From Iphione sp. A-MEVVRFRX5 (lineage: Eukaryota): a DNA stretch of 64,000 nt. The stretch lies in assembly GCA_976226885.1 (NCBI GenBank), contig OZ320316.1:88288001-88352000 (forward strand), written 5' to 3'. Shown here one piece after another: positions 1 to 14,900 of this stretch. A program made the translations under genes and the position numbers. The first letter of the stretch is position 1. Every line of letters starts with the position of its first letter. A model generated the notes under the pieces. The model was given only the letters and a program-made list of their open reading frames with translations. It ran no database searches and was not told the DNA's origin.

Positions 1-149
1 GACGAATGAATATTACCTATAAACCATCGTACATTCATTTGAAACCGTCTGTATCAACAACAGTTTAAACTTTCCTCCAGTTCATAGAAATGACTAGGTA
101 CAAATGTGCATACCTTTTGAGCTACAACAACATACGAATTAGACCAGTT

Positions 150-850
150 TTTCATGTGTACAGAAAATATGTCCGGAACCTGGACTGCATGGTGCAGAAA
201 AAAACGATCATATGATATTCAACATGACTACTTTCATGTGTATGGGTCTGCTGGTCTGTGGTACGGGTCCGGAGGGGTCCGGAGACAGAAAATGAACCTG
301 GGCCACAAATTTACCCTTTTTAGGACTCCAGATACGCTAGAATTATACAACAGGTGGTTTTACTCAGGTAAACACTCAAAGAAACTAATACATGTATATG
401 TTAGATTCTTTTATGATTTGCATACGTTTGCGTAAAAGTTGCCATTTACACAGATTTGGTCATAATTCCTTCCAATCAGCACAAAAATATTACCTTTACT
501 CTGATTTGGTTATAATTCGTCCCAGTTAGCATAAAAACATGTCATTTACACACATTTCGTCGCAGTTCCTTCCGATTAGCACAAAAAAAACACTAAAGAG
601 GGAGAGAGAGAAAGGTAGAGAGAGAAACCCGGACACATGGAAAGCCCCGCTCCGTAAGTGCCCAGAAATGTCCGCAAAATCGGCCAAATTCTCCGGACTC
701 TTCTGCATGCAGAAGAAATTTCCGGACACATGGAAAGCTGGCCAGAGTTAGAACTAGTGATTTTTTGTCATCACCACAGCCAGGTACATAGGATGTTTGT
801 ATATGAAAACAATTACTGCCATATTTACACAACGCAGATTATTTATTAAT
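150..850. repeat. Diverged dispersed repeat, copy A (copy B at about 3700-4480)
   Basis: TGAACCTGGGCCA(C/T)AAATTTACC at 293-315 and 3839-3861, plus colinear blocks TTC(C/T)TTCCGATT.G.ACAAAAAA and GACACATGGAAAG. Confidence 0.75.
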
Positions 851-1195
851 CATACATAAATCTGTAGGCATTTACGTGGGAAATGAACTATGATGTACCC
901 TGTGTTGTAAGGCGGCCTTTCCGTGTGTATGACAAGTACGCACTAGTGTATGACAAGTATGATGACCCCAGAACATAGTCCGTAAGCCTTTCCAGTGTAT
1001 GTAGCTAATATATTAGATGAAGAGACCCCTAGGGGTATAACTGAGAAACACAATAGTCACGGATCCATGTGCAGGAGAACCGCTACTTCAGCGATCATCA
1101 TGCACCATCCTCCGTCATAGTGCGTATACGTATTCTCACATGGATGGGGTATATCAACAGAGAGCGAGTTTACGTCGGCTTGAATAACATGAGAG

Positions 1196-1308
1196 AGAAC
1201 CCAGATAATCCAACTCCTCAGGCATTGGACCCCCTAAATCGTTAAGTGCTGAATTGCACAAACTGTGTCTGTATAGAACCCAGATAATGGAACTCCTCAG
1301 GCATTGGA
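1196..1308. repeat. Local duplication of a 34-bp unit
   Basis: AGAACCCAGATAAT(CC/GG)AACTCCTCAGGCATTGGA at 1196-1229 and 1275-1308, each followed by a C-run. Confidence 0.9.
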
Positions 1309-3020
1309 AACCCCCCCCCCCCAAATCTATACTGCCGATATCATGGTCACCTCGCAGGTCATGAGTGGAGAAATTATCATATCCAGCGAATGGATAATGA
1401 TTGTAGCGACATCATGTTTACACGAAACATAATTAACTACTTACAAGAGTGCACCTTTCCACCTAACACATTCCAAGAAAGCCCTTAAAACGACTAGAGT
1501 AGAGCCGAACGTTTCGTTCTTCTTTTCTAGTGCTATAACAAGTCATATCCTAAACTTTTCATTGAACGTACACAGACCTTTACCGCTCCTCTAATAATTC
1601 ATGGAATACATCATAGACGGAGAAGCAAAAAGTATGTGAAAGTGAAGGCACTAGTGAGCTTCAACCACCCTCCGGGAGTGGGTTAGGTCCGAATATTGCC
1701 ATGCATCCTCTTGGCCTACTTGTTTGTCAGACGTACATCACAGCCTGTGATGTCACATAAATGAAGCAAATGCACACATGTTTGTGCTTTATTCTCCCAG
1801 ACGCCGATTGCGCCAGGACTGGCAGCCAGTGAGATAAACTTAGTATGACCCATATCATTGGCGTAAGTCAAGTGTGACACGATAGGGTGCGAGAATACAA
1901 CCGACTCGGATCAGACGTCTCAACACCCTCTGTACAGACACCCCTAGGTAACCTGAGGATCCTTCCTCTAGTACTCGACAATGTTCGGCTCCCTTTGATC
2001 GACTCTGGGGTTTGAGATAAGAACTGATAGACCCAACCCTTAGGACGGTGCCTCTTCGACTGGCCACTGTGACACCATTATCAAGTAAGTGGGGGTATAA
2101 TGGGAACCTTGTGTCGGGGTTGCTGCGTCCCGCAGGCTGGATTATCAAGGCTACACAGTCACGTCTGTCATAACGCTACGATGATGAATGAGGCTGGTGC
2201 GCGTCTGGGGTACACGGTTAATCCCGCAGCTTTCAGGCTGTACACAGCTTTACACCGGCCACGCTTTTGCTCGCCAGCAAAAATCCTTGCAGTGTACTAT
2301 TGCGACTTCAACGAGATTAACTTTCTTAGGTCAGAACACCAAAGTGCATTTTGCAAGATTTTGGGCGGCCATTTATCATAGTAGTCACAGTGAATTGAAA
2401 AAAAGAATCCATAGGTGCCCGAGCATATTGAAAACATATTGATCATGACGCCAAGTGCGTAGAGAAAAGCAACTTTTATAAAGAGTAATAGCAGAGTGAG
2501 TGATTGCCATCATACATAATTCATGGTTAGAGCAAGAACCTTTTCTCATTCCAGACCCCTTCTAAGATTATGAAGAATATAAATGTACATTAAAGCTTCG
2601 ATAGAATTCATACGTTACTGATACTTTGTGTACTAGTTGACATGAAGCTGACTCCTGCTTAGTATAATCATATGCACTTCAGAGTAACAGGGCTTTTATA
2701 TGTGTCTGATCTTAACGCTAATGGATGTATTGGTGGAACTTCCCAGCCCAGGATGCATAGAGAGAGAGGGGGGACCTTGGGAATGCTGCTGGCTACTGTC
2801 CCACCTTGACACACTTGTGGGTCTTACAACTTTCAAACCCTTCAGTGTATGAATTGATTTTGATACATGATACTTACATCCAACCATCTATGGCACTGGG
2901 TAATTTTGGTAGTAATTCAAGTATTCTAAAGGTGAAATAAATTATGCCAATTTACTCATTTGCTAACACACCTACAAACATGGTTTGGGGATTTCTAGGT
3001 CTGATATTAGCACTCACATG

Positions 3021-3037
3021 CACACACACACACACAC
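3021..3037. repeat. (CA)n microsatellite
   Basis: cacacacacacacacac. Confidence 0.9.
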
Positions 3038-3699
3038 TCCTTGACCTCCGTTTTGTCAGTAGCAGTCTAATCAAGGGAGGCCTGAGGCCAGTCAAGATTT
3101 CCCCCAATTGTGTGTGATCTAAGGACGGCTGATTTTCACCATGACTGAGGAGTCCACCTGTTACCTATGCCGGCGTAGCTTGATTGGGCCCAGTGCCAAT
3201 CAAGGTGGTTGAAAAGAGAGGACCCCCCCATGCAACCATACAAGTGATCAATCCATGAAATGGGTTGTTTACAGTGGGGGACACTAGACCTCGCAGGTCC
3301 ACGCTTGTTGAATATGTACATAGCTGGCATATACAGGAAAATCCAGACATAGCCAGTCACTAGGTCCCTACCCATGTGTCCGGACATTGCCTTTGACTGT
3401 GTTCACATCCTGATTTTTGCATTCTGCACCCACACATGGGTACATAAATTTTTCGAGCCCATTCTTATCATGTCTAGCAATCACATATAGGCAGATTTTA
3501 CCGCATCGGCAGGTGGGTGCAGATGTCAACCTGTCAAGCATGGGTTTGGTCCGGACATGGATGCAGATTCCCATAGAATACAATGTTAAAGAGAAATCTG
3601 CTACCCATATGGAAGCATATGGAACATCAGCAAACAGCAGGGTGTACCCCCATACTCACATGCAGGGACATTTTTTGTCAGGATGCATGTGAAGAGGGC

Positions 3700-4480
3700 C
3701 TTACGCAGGCTTTCCATGCATCCAGGAATTGTCTCCGCAGCACGGACTCTGTACTGTGGAGAAAAACAAACCTATGGCCTGCAAAGGAACTGTTCCCGTG
3801 TATCTATGTCTGTGCTCCGAGCTGCAGAGGGTGAAAGTGAACCTGGGCCATAAATTTACCTATTTTGGGGACTCTGGAAACGCATAGGGATGAGTAGCAT
3901 GCAGAAAGTGCTTTAAGAAGGAGAAACACTGTGTAACATGTATTAGATGTTGTGAAATATTTATTGCATATTATTTGAATAAAAAACTGAATTGGGTGGA
4001 ATTCTTTCTGATCGGTACAAAAAACACATTTTAAACAGAATTGAGCAGAATTATTTCTGATTGGTCCCCCAAAACACACAGTTTTACCAGAATTGGGCGG
4101 AATTCTTTCCGATTGGTACAAAAAACATGCAGTTTTAACAACATAGATACACACACATACATATATACATCACCTTTTCCCTGATACATGGAAAGCACCT
4201 TTCCAGAGAGGTGTGGACATTTGGCCCATTTTCCAGATGACGGAAAAATATGGACCCATGGAAAGCCAGCCTTTTGTCGGGTTTCCATCTGTCCTAATTT
4301 TTTCCATATATGGAAGAGTGTTGAAGATTAGGCCAGTTATCCCAAGAAGCATGGACAGGCAGAGAGGCTTCAGTTTCCATGTGTCTGGATTTTGTCTCTT
4401 GTCCTCTGTGTGTCTGGGTGTGGGTGTGTGTAGGTGTATAGTGTGATTTTTGTGCTGATCACTAGGAATTCCTCCCAAAT
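3700..4480. repeat. Diverged dispersed repeat, copy B
   Basis: Colinear with 150-850 (see copy A). Confidence 0.75.
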
Positions 4481-7400
4481 CTGTTTAACCCTATCCAGGC
4501 AGCACCTGACAATACATCATGGACTCAGATGGGGGGGTAAATTTTGGCACTTTTCTACAGAGGGTGGCAATTTACCATTGCATTATTTTTGTACTCACTA
4601 ATGATTTGGATTGGTTTAAGCCATCTAAAGTATATTTTATCCATCTGTCTTAGGAGAATTGGCTGGAAAATATATTTATTAACATTTTAAGAATACAAAT
4701 GTGGATTTATTTGAGAATATTACTTCGAATTTGATATCAGGTATGTTATTTACTTCGTTTGTCAGTCCTTTCCTATGTAAACATAGGGAAATATGACAGT
4801 TATAATAGGAAACGTCTTGTACCCTTCAGAAATTCATAATTTCTGTATAAACTAGAATAAAATATGACTACTTTTCTATATTTTGTCCTAATCTCATCAA
4901 AATCCATGAATTATTTCAATGATAATTCAATGGAGAAACACTGAGAATGAAAATGATGCCTCAAGGCATCATCCAGTTTTTGCATGGGGGTGCCTGTGGG
5001 CATCACCCATCATTTATACGGGTTTTCATGCTGATCACAGGGAATTGTGACCAAATCAGTTTTTTATGCAATTAAGTAAATAATTTAATATAAAATAACA
5101 TATGTTACAGTGTTCCTCCTCTTTGAACTTTTATCTCTTGATCCTACTCATCTGTGTGTGTCCATAGTCTGGATAAAATCAAACATTTCCCATTTTCAAA
5201 CGATGCCCTGACACAGATATAGACAGAAGGAAACAGTCCTGTTGGTTGCCATAAGATTGGTTTGTTTTGGGACTAAGTATTTAGAAATGGAAATAGTTTC
5301 CTTATTTAAATGCGGTTCTGACTGTGATAATAGAGACAAAATGGTTGAAATACACTGCAATCATACTCAAAATAGTACCCCTCTTTGCTCAAGTTCAGTC
5401 AAAATATTGTCGTGGTCCACCATTTTGATTATTTTCTTCCCTTAATATGAATTCCATCGACCTAAAAAAAACTATCCCCAAATCTCGTTGGCTCAAGAGG
5501 TCATTTTCAGACAATGTGACTTGTTTCATCTTGTTGACATTAAAATATTAAGATGCCATATTGGATTTCTGAAGTCATATGTATATTATCCATGCCCAGA
5601 GTTGTTTATTACTATTTTTCCATATTTTAGTTGCCAATAAAAGCCATTTCAGCTTGTATTTTAATCATAATTATCTCTCTCACAAACGTTCGAGTCAAGT
5701 AGTTAAGGAACCACCAATTTGGTTTTTTCAAGCTAATGACTTTTCAACTCATAGTATATACCCGTGTATTAGTCCAGATTTTAATTACCGGGGAGAACAA
5801 TAACAAAACCCGGACACGTGGAAACTGGGCCTATGAAATAATATTGATTCACTCTCACTTATAAGTTAGTAATTACACTGTACATGCGCGTATGTACACC
5901 TGTACATATTTGTCTCGACAAATGTGATACATGTATATTATGTTGATGTGCAGTGTATCACTCTTATTACGACGGATTTTACTTCCGTGCAGTATACGCT
6001 CTAATCATGGTTTAGGTCTACAAGGACTGTGAACTGTAACTTGGCCAGATTTTATTAATGTTCAGCAGCGGAGGTAGGCATTGAGACATAAAAACATCAG
6101 GTGCATGAACAAAGTGACCAACATTAAATAGGCAGTTTAAAATCAGTTCCCCGAAGTTATTTTATTACATGCACGACCTATGTAAAGCGTTCGGCACATT
6201 TCAGTTCAGATGCTCTCTATTGGATAAATAACCATTCTGCAACTCCCGGCAGATTCTCTCCGTTTTTCGTAATTTTTGATGTAATACACATAATAAAGCA
6301 GTCAGACCGATCAATGACCTGAAAACGTAGATCGAGTGGCAGCGCACCATAATCACACAGATCGCCACCCACAAAATGAAACCCGTTGCGGACAGACATT
6401 TCCCACGCAGCTGTGGAAGCGACTTTTGACCCTTGTGGAAGAACCCCCTCAGGCCGTCGCTCTCCTGGCCCTGGCCAGCGAAAAATCCGGCCCTTAAACC
6501 ATGACACTTTCCATGGCACCGACAGTGGCCAAAATTGACTTCGGTAATTGACTGCTCGATCGCAAGAAATAGCGAAAGTTTCAAACTACAGGACAGGTGC
6601 TCAACATGTTAACTTCATAGAGCAAATATAAAAAAATCACTTCCAAATGGAAAAAAATATAACGTGACTTCCTCGACAGGTTTGTACAACTAAACTCTTT
6701 CTGTAGTTTGGAAAAGCCTAATTCTCACTTGATTACGAGATTATTTCGGTATTACGATTAACTTGATCTTTTCCGATTTGCCCTAAATATGGATAGAATT
6801 AATGATTTTATGCTATATGTATACACCAAACAGGCACAATTTGTATAAAATCGATTACCTAGCTCGTGGCGAGAATACAATACGTGATTATAAGACAGCC
6901 TTAAAACAGAGAAAAAGCAGAAAATAATAAGTCTCTACTGTGTTGTCCATTCTCAGTAAATTTAAGTATGAATAATAACGCAATGATGATGAACATGGAA
7001 TGACTTTACCATCTTTTAATAAGTAGCTGTCACTGAACGAAATGGACCATTGTGTATGAGGACAATACTGTTGCAGTCGACTCAAATAAATGTCATATTG
7101 AATTTCATGAAATGTGATACATGTGATACACGTGTTTGGATCGTGCTGCTACCCACGCTCGGAGAAACAATCTCACGAAATTTCACGCGGCGTGATTTAC
7201 AGATTTAATATAATATCTTAAACTTGTGCCCACGCACCAACTTTGTATCTTGGGAAAATAATTAGTGTTTGTGCGTGGTCGATTCTGTGTCTATGGCTTC
7301 AGCTTTTCTGCTCATAATATTCATGTCACTGGATTCACTTAAATCGGTATAATCCCACCCGACTTCCAACGCCTGATTTTGTACCCAGTAACATCATTCA

Positions 7401-10400
7401 TTCCTCATGGTATACAATGTACCTGTAATTCCTGTTTCGTCTAGACGCATTTAAGTTGCATCTCTCCGTGTCTGAGCTTAGAAACTCACACATCGCCAGG
7501 TGTGAGGCAACGGGCTTGGGCGGCGGTGCCTCTAGGAGGGGCATCCCTGGGGTATTGTTTTGAGATATTGGATTGGTCGGAATACCTGCAGGACTGACTG
7601 TGAGCTGCTCTCTGCTCTGCACTATTCACCTCAACCACAAGGGAGGCCGACACTCGTGAAGGAGGTGGACGAAGCCTGCAGGTGTTGGGAAGGAAATAGG
7701 CCGTACTCTTACCTCGGCCAGCTGTTGCTCAGTACACATAAGTGCATGTAGAGCTGAAGCCTCGCCTAGAATCTTATCCTGGCAGGGGAAAAGTCCTTCC
7801 TATTTTCTGTTCTAAGAACGATAAAATATGCATCACGTACTGAATGATGATTTTTTATTAGAGTGTTTTGAACACTCTTTCAAACCACGCAGGACTATCT
7901 TCGGATCGCAAGACGCAGGATCGTGCTAAGATTTCCCTGGAGGCCTCGGCTGTTTTGATTGAGGGGAGGTCAATGATGCAAAGCCGCAGCAAACACCAAC
8001 CCTACAACAGTTCTGCGTTACCGAGCGGCTATCATAACTCAAAAACACTCCTAAACGCCGGTAATATATTTATTCACGTGTTGCCATAGAGAACTTCAGA
8101 GAGGTTGTGAGCCAACCGCATCTTTCTAGCGACGTTGCACCCTGGCTGCATCTTGCTGTTATAGGGGAGTTTTACGGTGTAGGTGGAGCATCTCCATGGA
8201 TACCGCCGGCAATGCTTGCCAGCCATCTCACACCTGACACCTCAGAGGAAAGGTTGAGAGGATGAGTACTGCTCGAGACTGGGGTCATATCTGTCATCTT
8301 GACTGCTCAGCTGGACGCCAATCCGTGTTGTAGCCAACCGAGATCGATTCCTAATGCAGGCTACGCCGCAGCTATTTGATATATTCCTTGAATGGGCACG
8401 GTCGGCCCCGCCTTGCACCTCCCATCTCATTCCCCGCAAACTAAGCAAAACTGTACCTCGTTCGGTATGAGCTCCTTTGATCACGAGAGCCTCTCACAGT
8501 TTCTCGACCAGGGCTTGTGTGGGGATGATTTTAGTAAAACCACGGCTAGTTGAAGGGGTATGGCATGTCTCACGACCGTACCGGTCTAGCAGGTTCGGTT
8601 GAATGGGTCAAAACAGCGGGTTTACATAAAATTCTATATAACTCTGCTGCTTCAGCGTGGGCACTATGCAGTGCAAAGGACACACTAAGTCTTGAAGAAA
8701 AGTTAAACGAGGAATACGTACAACATTGCATTTATACATGGACTGAAACCTTTCGTGTGTTCCACATATAAATCCTTGGCTGGTGTTCCAAAGCGAGTAG
8801 ACAAACAAAACCTTTGGCCTTTAGTACAAAGTACCCCACAAATCCATGAATCAGTTTGAAAATCACACACTCGCTGGGCACTGGACGTAAATGGGTCCAG
8901 AGACCTCGGAATCTCTGATAGGACACCTGGAGAGGGCTATTATATACCCTCCAGGGGAACGTCCATTTGAAACATCAAAGTCATCTCCAGGGTGGTCCAA
9001 TTTTCATACAGAATCCCGGCCACCCCACCCAAACGAAAATGGTGGGTCAATACCGTCTTTTTAAAGGTAATATGTCCTCCTCCACTGTCTTTCTCAAGGC
9101 AAGATTTGTTCCAAGTATTGGTCGTGGCTGGAACTTTCCGTAAATTTAATGGGTTTCTGGTCTGCGATTTCCTCTAGTCAACTTATGCTTGCGGAGCTAC
9201 AGTTGTTCTCGCACAAACAAGCTGAAGTGCATCACGGTTTTTCCACAATATTCCTATTTGGAAACGACCATCTAGCTTTATTAGTCGCAATCAGTGAGTC
9301 AATAAAGCCTAAGCAATCGGGCCTGGGAGCCTCGTGAGTAGAGTATACCTCTGTCCTACCTGCCCGCTTCTAAAGTGTGACCTGATTAACTACATCTGGG
9401 AACCAGGTGTTAGTAGAATGTTTAGTTTGAGCTAGGATTGTATAGAACCCCTTCCAGAAGTGACTAAAGGATGGCGTTTGTGAAAGTGGATAAATCTTGG
9501 TGGCATGTACTAGAGGTGGTCAGTGTATGACTGCTAAATATCCACAAACGTCTATTTGGGGCAGTTCCAAATTAGAAACATGTAATAAGATTTGTTGTAC
9601 CGAATAACAAAACGTAATACAGCCAAGTCTCACTACCCAGAGATCCAGTATGCCAGATTTACTCTATACCCAGATGAATCTGCACTGTACTAAATGATAC
9701 TTTACCTGTCATGTATAACTTATTGAGAATATTCATTATCCGGATGAAATTGTGTGAATAGAGCATATCTGGAAAACGAGGGTCGACTGTACACATATCG
9801 ACAAATATTTTACTTCAGTATGTTATAACATATTCAAAATACCGCAAGTTTGACTGTCACTCTTGTGAATGATAAATTTAGACTGGGCACGTCAGCATTG
9901 TTTCTAGCAAAGAGGTCATTTGACGCAAAAATACCAAAAGATTTCTTGAAAGTTTTTAAGCCACAAGATGCCAAGTTGCCATTCAGGCTTGCTGGTGGTT
10001 TGTTTTAGGTGGCCGTCTAGGTTTTATCTCAACGGTCGGCATTTCAACGGCAGCAGGAGGTCAGCGAGCCAGTTGACACTTCTGGCAACCAGCTGGCTTT
10101 GATAGATCAGTGTAAGAAGAAAGAGAAGACCCAGGACCTTGAAACTGCCACGGCGGATTCCGCCGAGAAACAAAGCACCCATTGCTGGAGGTTGACGTAA
10201 GGAAACGCGCCGGGGCACATGCCCTGGACTAACCCCACAATCTGCTCGTTCCATGTTTACTCAACCAATGCGGCCTTCATATGTTTAGATATGCATATAC
10301 ATGTATAAGATAAGATCTCCACCATCCCTGATTGTCTCCTACAGAGACATAGTAAATTTATTTATTTATTCCACCAATACACAGCGCACAACTAGTACTC

Positions 10401-11930
10401 TAGATAAATATGAGTAATTAGCATTTTAGTTGAAAATGCGAAGGTTTAAAAGAGGCCAATGGCGAACTTAGAGACTTTTTCACCATGAACTCCATTTCAT
10501 TAGCAGGCGTCTATTTAAAAAAAGGGGTACTGCGTTATAGTATGGTAATGGATTCAGAGGAAATTGGCTTCGAGGAACACAGCATAACGCCCCATGTGCC
10601 GCCCGTGCCAGTCAACGGCACTAGTTGAGCAAATGGTGTTCTTTTCCTGCCAGGCGGTATCATCGCAAGTTGGACAGCCACCCAGTGACTTGGACCGAGG
10701 TCGACGTGAAGTTGTGTCAATATGCGCAAGTCGACTAAATATTATCGTCGCTGGCGCTAGCAAGAAGGCAGAGGCTACACGGTGAGGTAGCAAAGCAGGC
10801 TCTCATGGTGCTATCACAAATATTGTGTCACTGGAGTGGTGGTCCCGACGCTGGGCAGATGTGCCCAGTTATCTGTTGGGCTGACGCCCGACAAGTGGTC
10901 TTATCAACCACTGCAGACACTCGACTAGGTTACTCACAGATTCTTGTTACAAGCGAAACGCTCGCACAAAAATGTACGAGTGCAACCGATGTCTTCTCAG
11001 CCGGATGGTTTGTATGGTTGATCTACCTGGGACAACATTCGGCTGGATCCGAAGTGTACATGTATCCACACATTGTGTTTGAGCTATTTGGAATTCGCCA
11101 ATCAAGAGCGTGCGAAATAAACTTACCCACAAGCGTTACACCCCTGCCTGTGCACATTTTACTTTCTCCAGGGCGTGATTTTTTCCCCAGACGTTTCAAA
11201 GATCTCAAGTCTGCCAATGTCATTGACGCAGCAACTCGAGTAATTACTGGCAGCCTTTGATCATTAATAATATCCATGGGACGCCGACGACTACTGCTTT
11301 GCTATCGTTCTCCCTACCAGCATGCCGATATAATTGTAGCATGCCCATCTTACCCAAGGACATTCAATAGGCAAAAAAAGCCTAGAGGTGATGTTTTCAT
11401 TCCGACTCGGGTTTTCTCGTGAAATTACAACAACTGCTTTGATCGATGATGAGCAATCAATATAATATCTATACTCCGTAGGGCCATGTATCTTTCATGT
11501 GTGTAATTAGAAGGGACGTGGTGCCAAATTATGAGTCATGCGCCTCGGCATGTAGCTATTAACGACGATAGTTGTAACAATTATAGCTCGACCAGTAAGG
11601 GATCTGCATTAAAAATAAGAAAGCTTGAGCTAGTTAAGGACTGTGTGTCATTATGATTTGAAAAGGGACAAATACCACTTAAAATATGCGGATTTCCAGT
11701 CACCAGTAGATACAACGGACATCTCACTTCTTTCCTGCTCATGCATATTATCTGTCCCTGCGATGTTTGGACATAGAAATATCCGTTGCCGTAGGTTGGC
11801 TTAAAAGAGGCGATCCGGAAGGATGCGATCAAGCGATAGATGCACGCAGGCGTCCTTCGTCGACATGCGGCACGCTTTGATGCGTCGGGCGGACGTGATT
11901 CGATGCGGCAGGCGGAGGCAGAATAGTGCT

Positions 11931-11942
11931 AAGATGGCGGCG
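11931..11942 (+). promoter_or_regulatory. YY1-like motif in a CpG-rich block (candidate promoter region)
   Basis: AAGATGGCGGCG matches the YY1 consensus; the flanking 11.8-13.1 kb is CpG-rich. Confidence 0.4.
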
Positions 11943-14900
11943 AATGTCAATATGTGCGCACTGCTTACCCCCTGACAGTGCGAACAGTAGAAAGACAAGG
12001 TGCACGATGAGCTTCTGTCTGAAACCGGCGCTCGAGAGATAAAAGCCCAAGCCGTGCCCAACAAAGCCCAGCCTGTGAAGGGTACTGTCGGCCGACCTGC
12101 TCCCTGCTCGCCGTCTTGGCTAAGTTTCAATTACTCACGTAAATACCAACTTCCATCAAGCGCACCACCTTCAGCCTGGTAACACTGCAGGGGGAAAAAT
12201 CAAACAACTCGCTCGATTTTTGTCCAGCGGCGTCGGTTGGATGGTGGGGTGGGTGGGTGCATGAGAGCATCTGTTTTGCTCTATATCGCGGGACGTTTCT
12301 GTGCACAGCGTCAGTTCGTGTTTACGAGAAATCTCACGGGTTTCGGATGTACGTATCGAAAACAATCTTGTCAGCGTTTTGTGCCAGACTTGCCCCCCCC
12401 CCCTCTTGAGCATGTACATGTATATGTGAGTATGAAATTCTAAAACTGGGACGCAGCCCATCAACACCCATGCACCATTTTGGCCTCGCTTTCCGCGGGA
12501 AGGATATACTTGTACAAGGTACATGTGCCTTCACATTCTGAGTTGATTTGTCCTTCACTCTGTCCACTGCGCGCTTCAGAATGATCGCGTCATCGCTGAA
12601 AGAGGTGCAGGTTCTGTATGGACGCTATCCCACTTCCGCCGCCGACAGGAGCCAGCCTACTTGCCGTATTACTTATCGCCGGCAAGAAAGTAGACAATCG
12701 TGTCAGCCCTGGTCAGGGCTGGGGTCTGCCCTCACCTGATAGTCCCGCCGGTAGTCGGCGCGCACAGGTGGCGGCGGCAGGACATCCGCTTAATAGATGA
12801 ACACGTCAGATCGTTGGATTCCCCTTTTATCGCCCGGCTCAGCCTCCCGATATCTACGACCCACCCATCATTGGACACGGAATTGAAATAGATTGGCGGT
12901 GTCGGATCACACAAATAGCATCGTCTCAGCCTTCCTGATGGATATGGAAGTTCCATGTTCGGGTATCTCACTGTTTCTGGGTGAGCAGCGCACGAGGTGT
13001 CAGCCCCGTGAATCGTCTTCAGTAGGCTGCCCTCAGCTTGAATTATGGTGGTCGATATCCGTCCATAAATCCAGTTCCATTTTCCTGACTGGCTCGGCGT
13101 CTGGTGACGTGATATGGTGTAGAACACAGCAATATGTGGAATAGGTATCATAGCTTGCCCATTTACATGGAAGCCATCACGAAGCCGGGATCAGCCAATC
13201 ATCTGAAGCCTCCCCGTGTGATGCATGTGCACATGTATTTTGATTTACATTAAGCTGCGCCGATGAATACCATGCGCATGAAAATAGCCGCCATAAATGC
13301 TGGTTATCAGTACAGTATGTATAAGTACTGTAGAACAGGCACTGTGTCCGGAGTTTCTCCGACAATGTACAAGCAGGGCTAAATTAAGATGGTACCACAC
13401 AGACAGCAGCCCCTTCGGTCCAGCTCGACCAATCCATGTGGTTCTCGTTCCCGACACGAACAGCACAGAATTACCTGTCAATACAAGTCGAGTAAAGTAA
13501 TAGACTGAGTCGTTTCATAACCAAACCGCTCGCTGGATGCGACATTTAACATAGCTCGCTATGAACGTAGCTGACGGGGCAGTATAGCGCTGTCTATATG
13601 AAATATTCCAATTTTAATCTTGAATTTGGCCATCTCAAAAAAAGAAAAAAAACAGCTAGTAGTACAAGTCACTTTCCTGTCTTCTCAAAACATTTCCATG
13701 TCAGTTCACTTAGGTACTCGGGTATTTAAAGTTTTCATTTTCAGACACGAGCGTTTATATTGAATGTAGATGCGAACGTATTAAATACGAATATCTGTGT
13801 ATTGTATATTCCCTCATTTTCGCCACTCTAGGCTTCCTGACAATCTTGCCTTCTTAGGTAGCAAGGACATCAGCGTTCGCGATTATAATTCATAGGGAGA
13901 ATCCTGGAATGAATACCATGAATTCTGAATGCGGAAGGGTCGCCCCAAGCGAGTGACAGTATGAATCTGACAGAGCGTACATTATTACTCAGCGTGTACC
14001 CCAGGGAATGGTCGTTATCGTTCGCAGTAGTTTTATTAATAGTAACATGATCGGGGCATGGACAGGAAATTCGGCTATTTGGTAACTTTCTCCGAGGAAG
14101 AATATAATGCAAGACTACCCTAGCTAGTAGCCACTGACAATAGAGTGACCGTCTCCTTCGTTCACCCCCTGAAGAGGTTCGAGCCTCGAACAATGTACAA
14201 TGTATCTGGTATGTGGATGAATCGAACCTTCTGGTTACATCTGATCCAAACGATAGTCCCTTTACGATAGATAATGGGTTACACGTATCATACTTGCGCA
14301 GGTACGAGGATCATTAAATTCCTAGACCCTTTGTTCAGCTTACATTTTTTTTAATTGCAATTTGCCACAGTAGATGTTTTTTTTTTACATATTGTAGAAT
14401 GTATGTGGGTCCGACTTGATTTGTTACCGCTGATCATGATAGGTATGCCTTAGGTTCCTGACGTACACAGGTTAAAAGGGACTAGCAGGAGGAATGATGT
14501 CGCTCACATTTTTTTTCTTTGCATATACGCTTCGAAATGGGGCGTCTTTCCTGCGGGACCACCATCCAGCACAGGGTTGGCTGATACGGTTCTATGTCTT
14601 CTAGCTGCCGTGGACGGTGAAGCCGTCTGACTCCTGCACAATATTTTAACTATGGTTTATAGTGCGTTTTTCTTGGCGCTCCACTCGCTCAAGGTGGAGA
14701 TGAAAGGAGTCATCTGGGTAATGTAAGGACTGGCTCTTTGTTGGTAGTCGGTAGCCGGGCGGCTCCACCTGATCCGTCACCATTTCCATTGGCGGAAAGC
14801 AGACAATTTCCCGCTTTCTTGACTTTCCGTGGTAAATTTGCGCGCGCGCCGAAGCAATAATTCCGTTAGATTGGAGGGAAGCTCAACCAACAAACAAATC

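Noticed and set aside
7702-7728. Walker-A-like peptide ATAGRGKST on the minus strand
   Set aside because: Directly preceded by TGA with no Walker B seen; GGTAAGAGT is equally well explained as a splice-donor-like word.
10024-10254. 76-aa minus-strand ORF with a hydrophobic stretch
   Set aside because: Short, no recognisable family, no supporting exons; the opposite strand is similarly open.
10805-11260. 151-aa ORF with kinase-like words (TDVFSAG..W and DLKSANV)
   Set aside because: The subdomains are in the wrong order (IX before VIb), with no HRD, DFG, APE or Gly-rich loop; probably chance.
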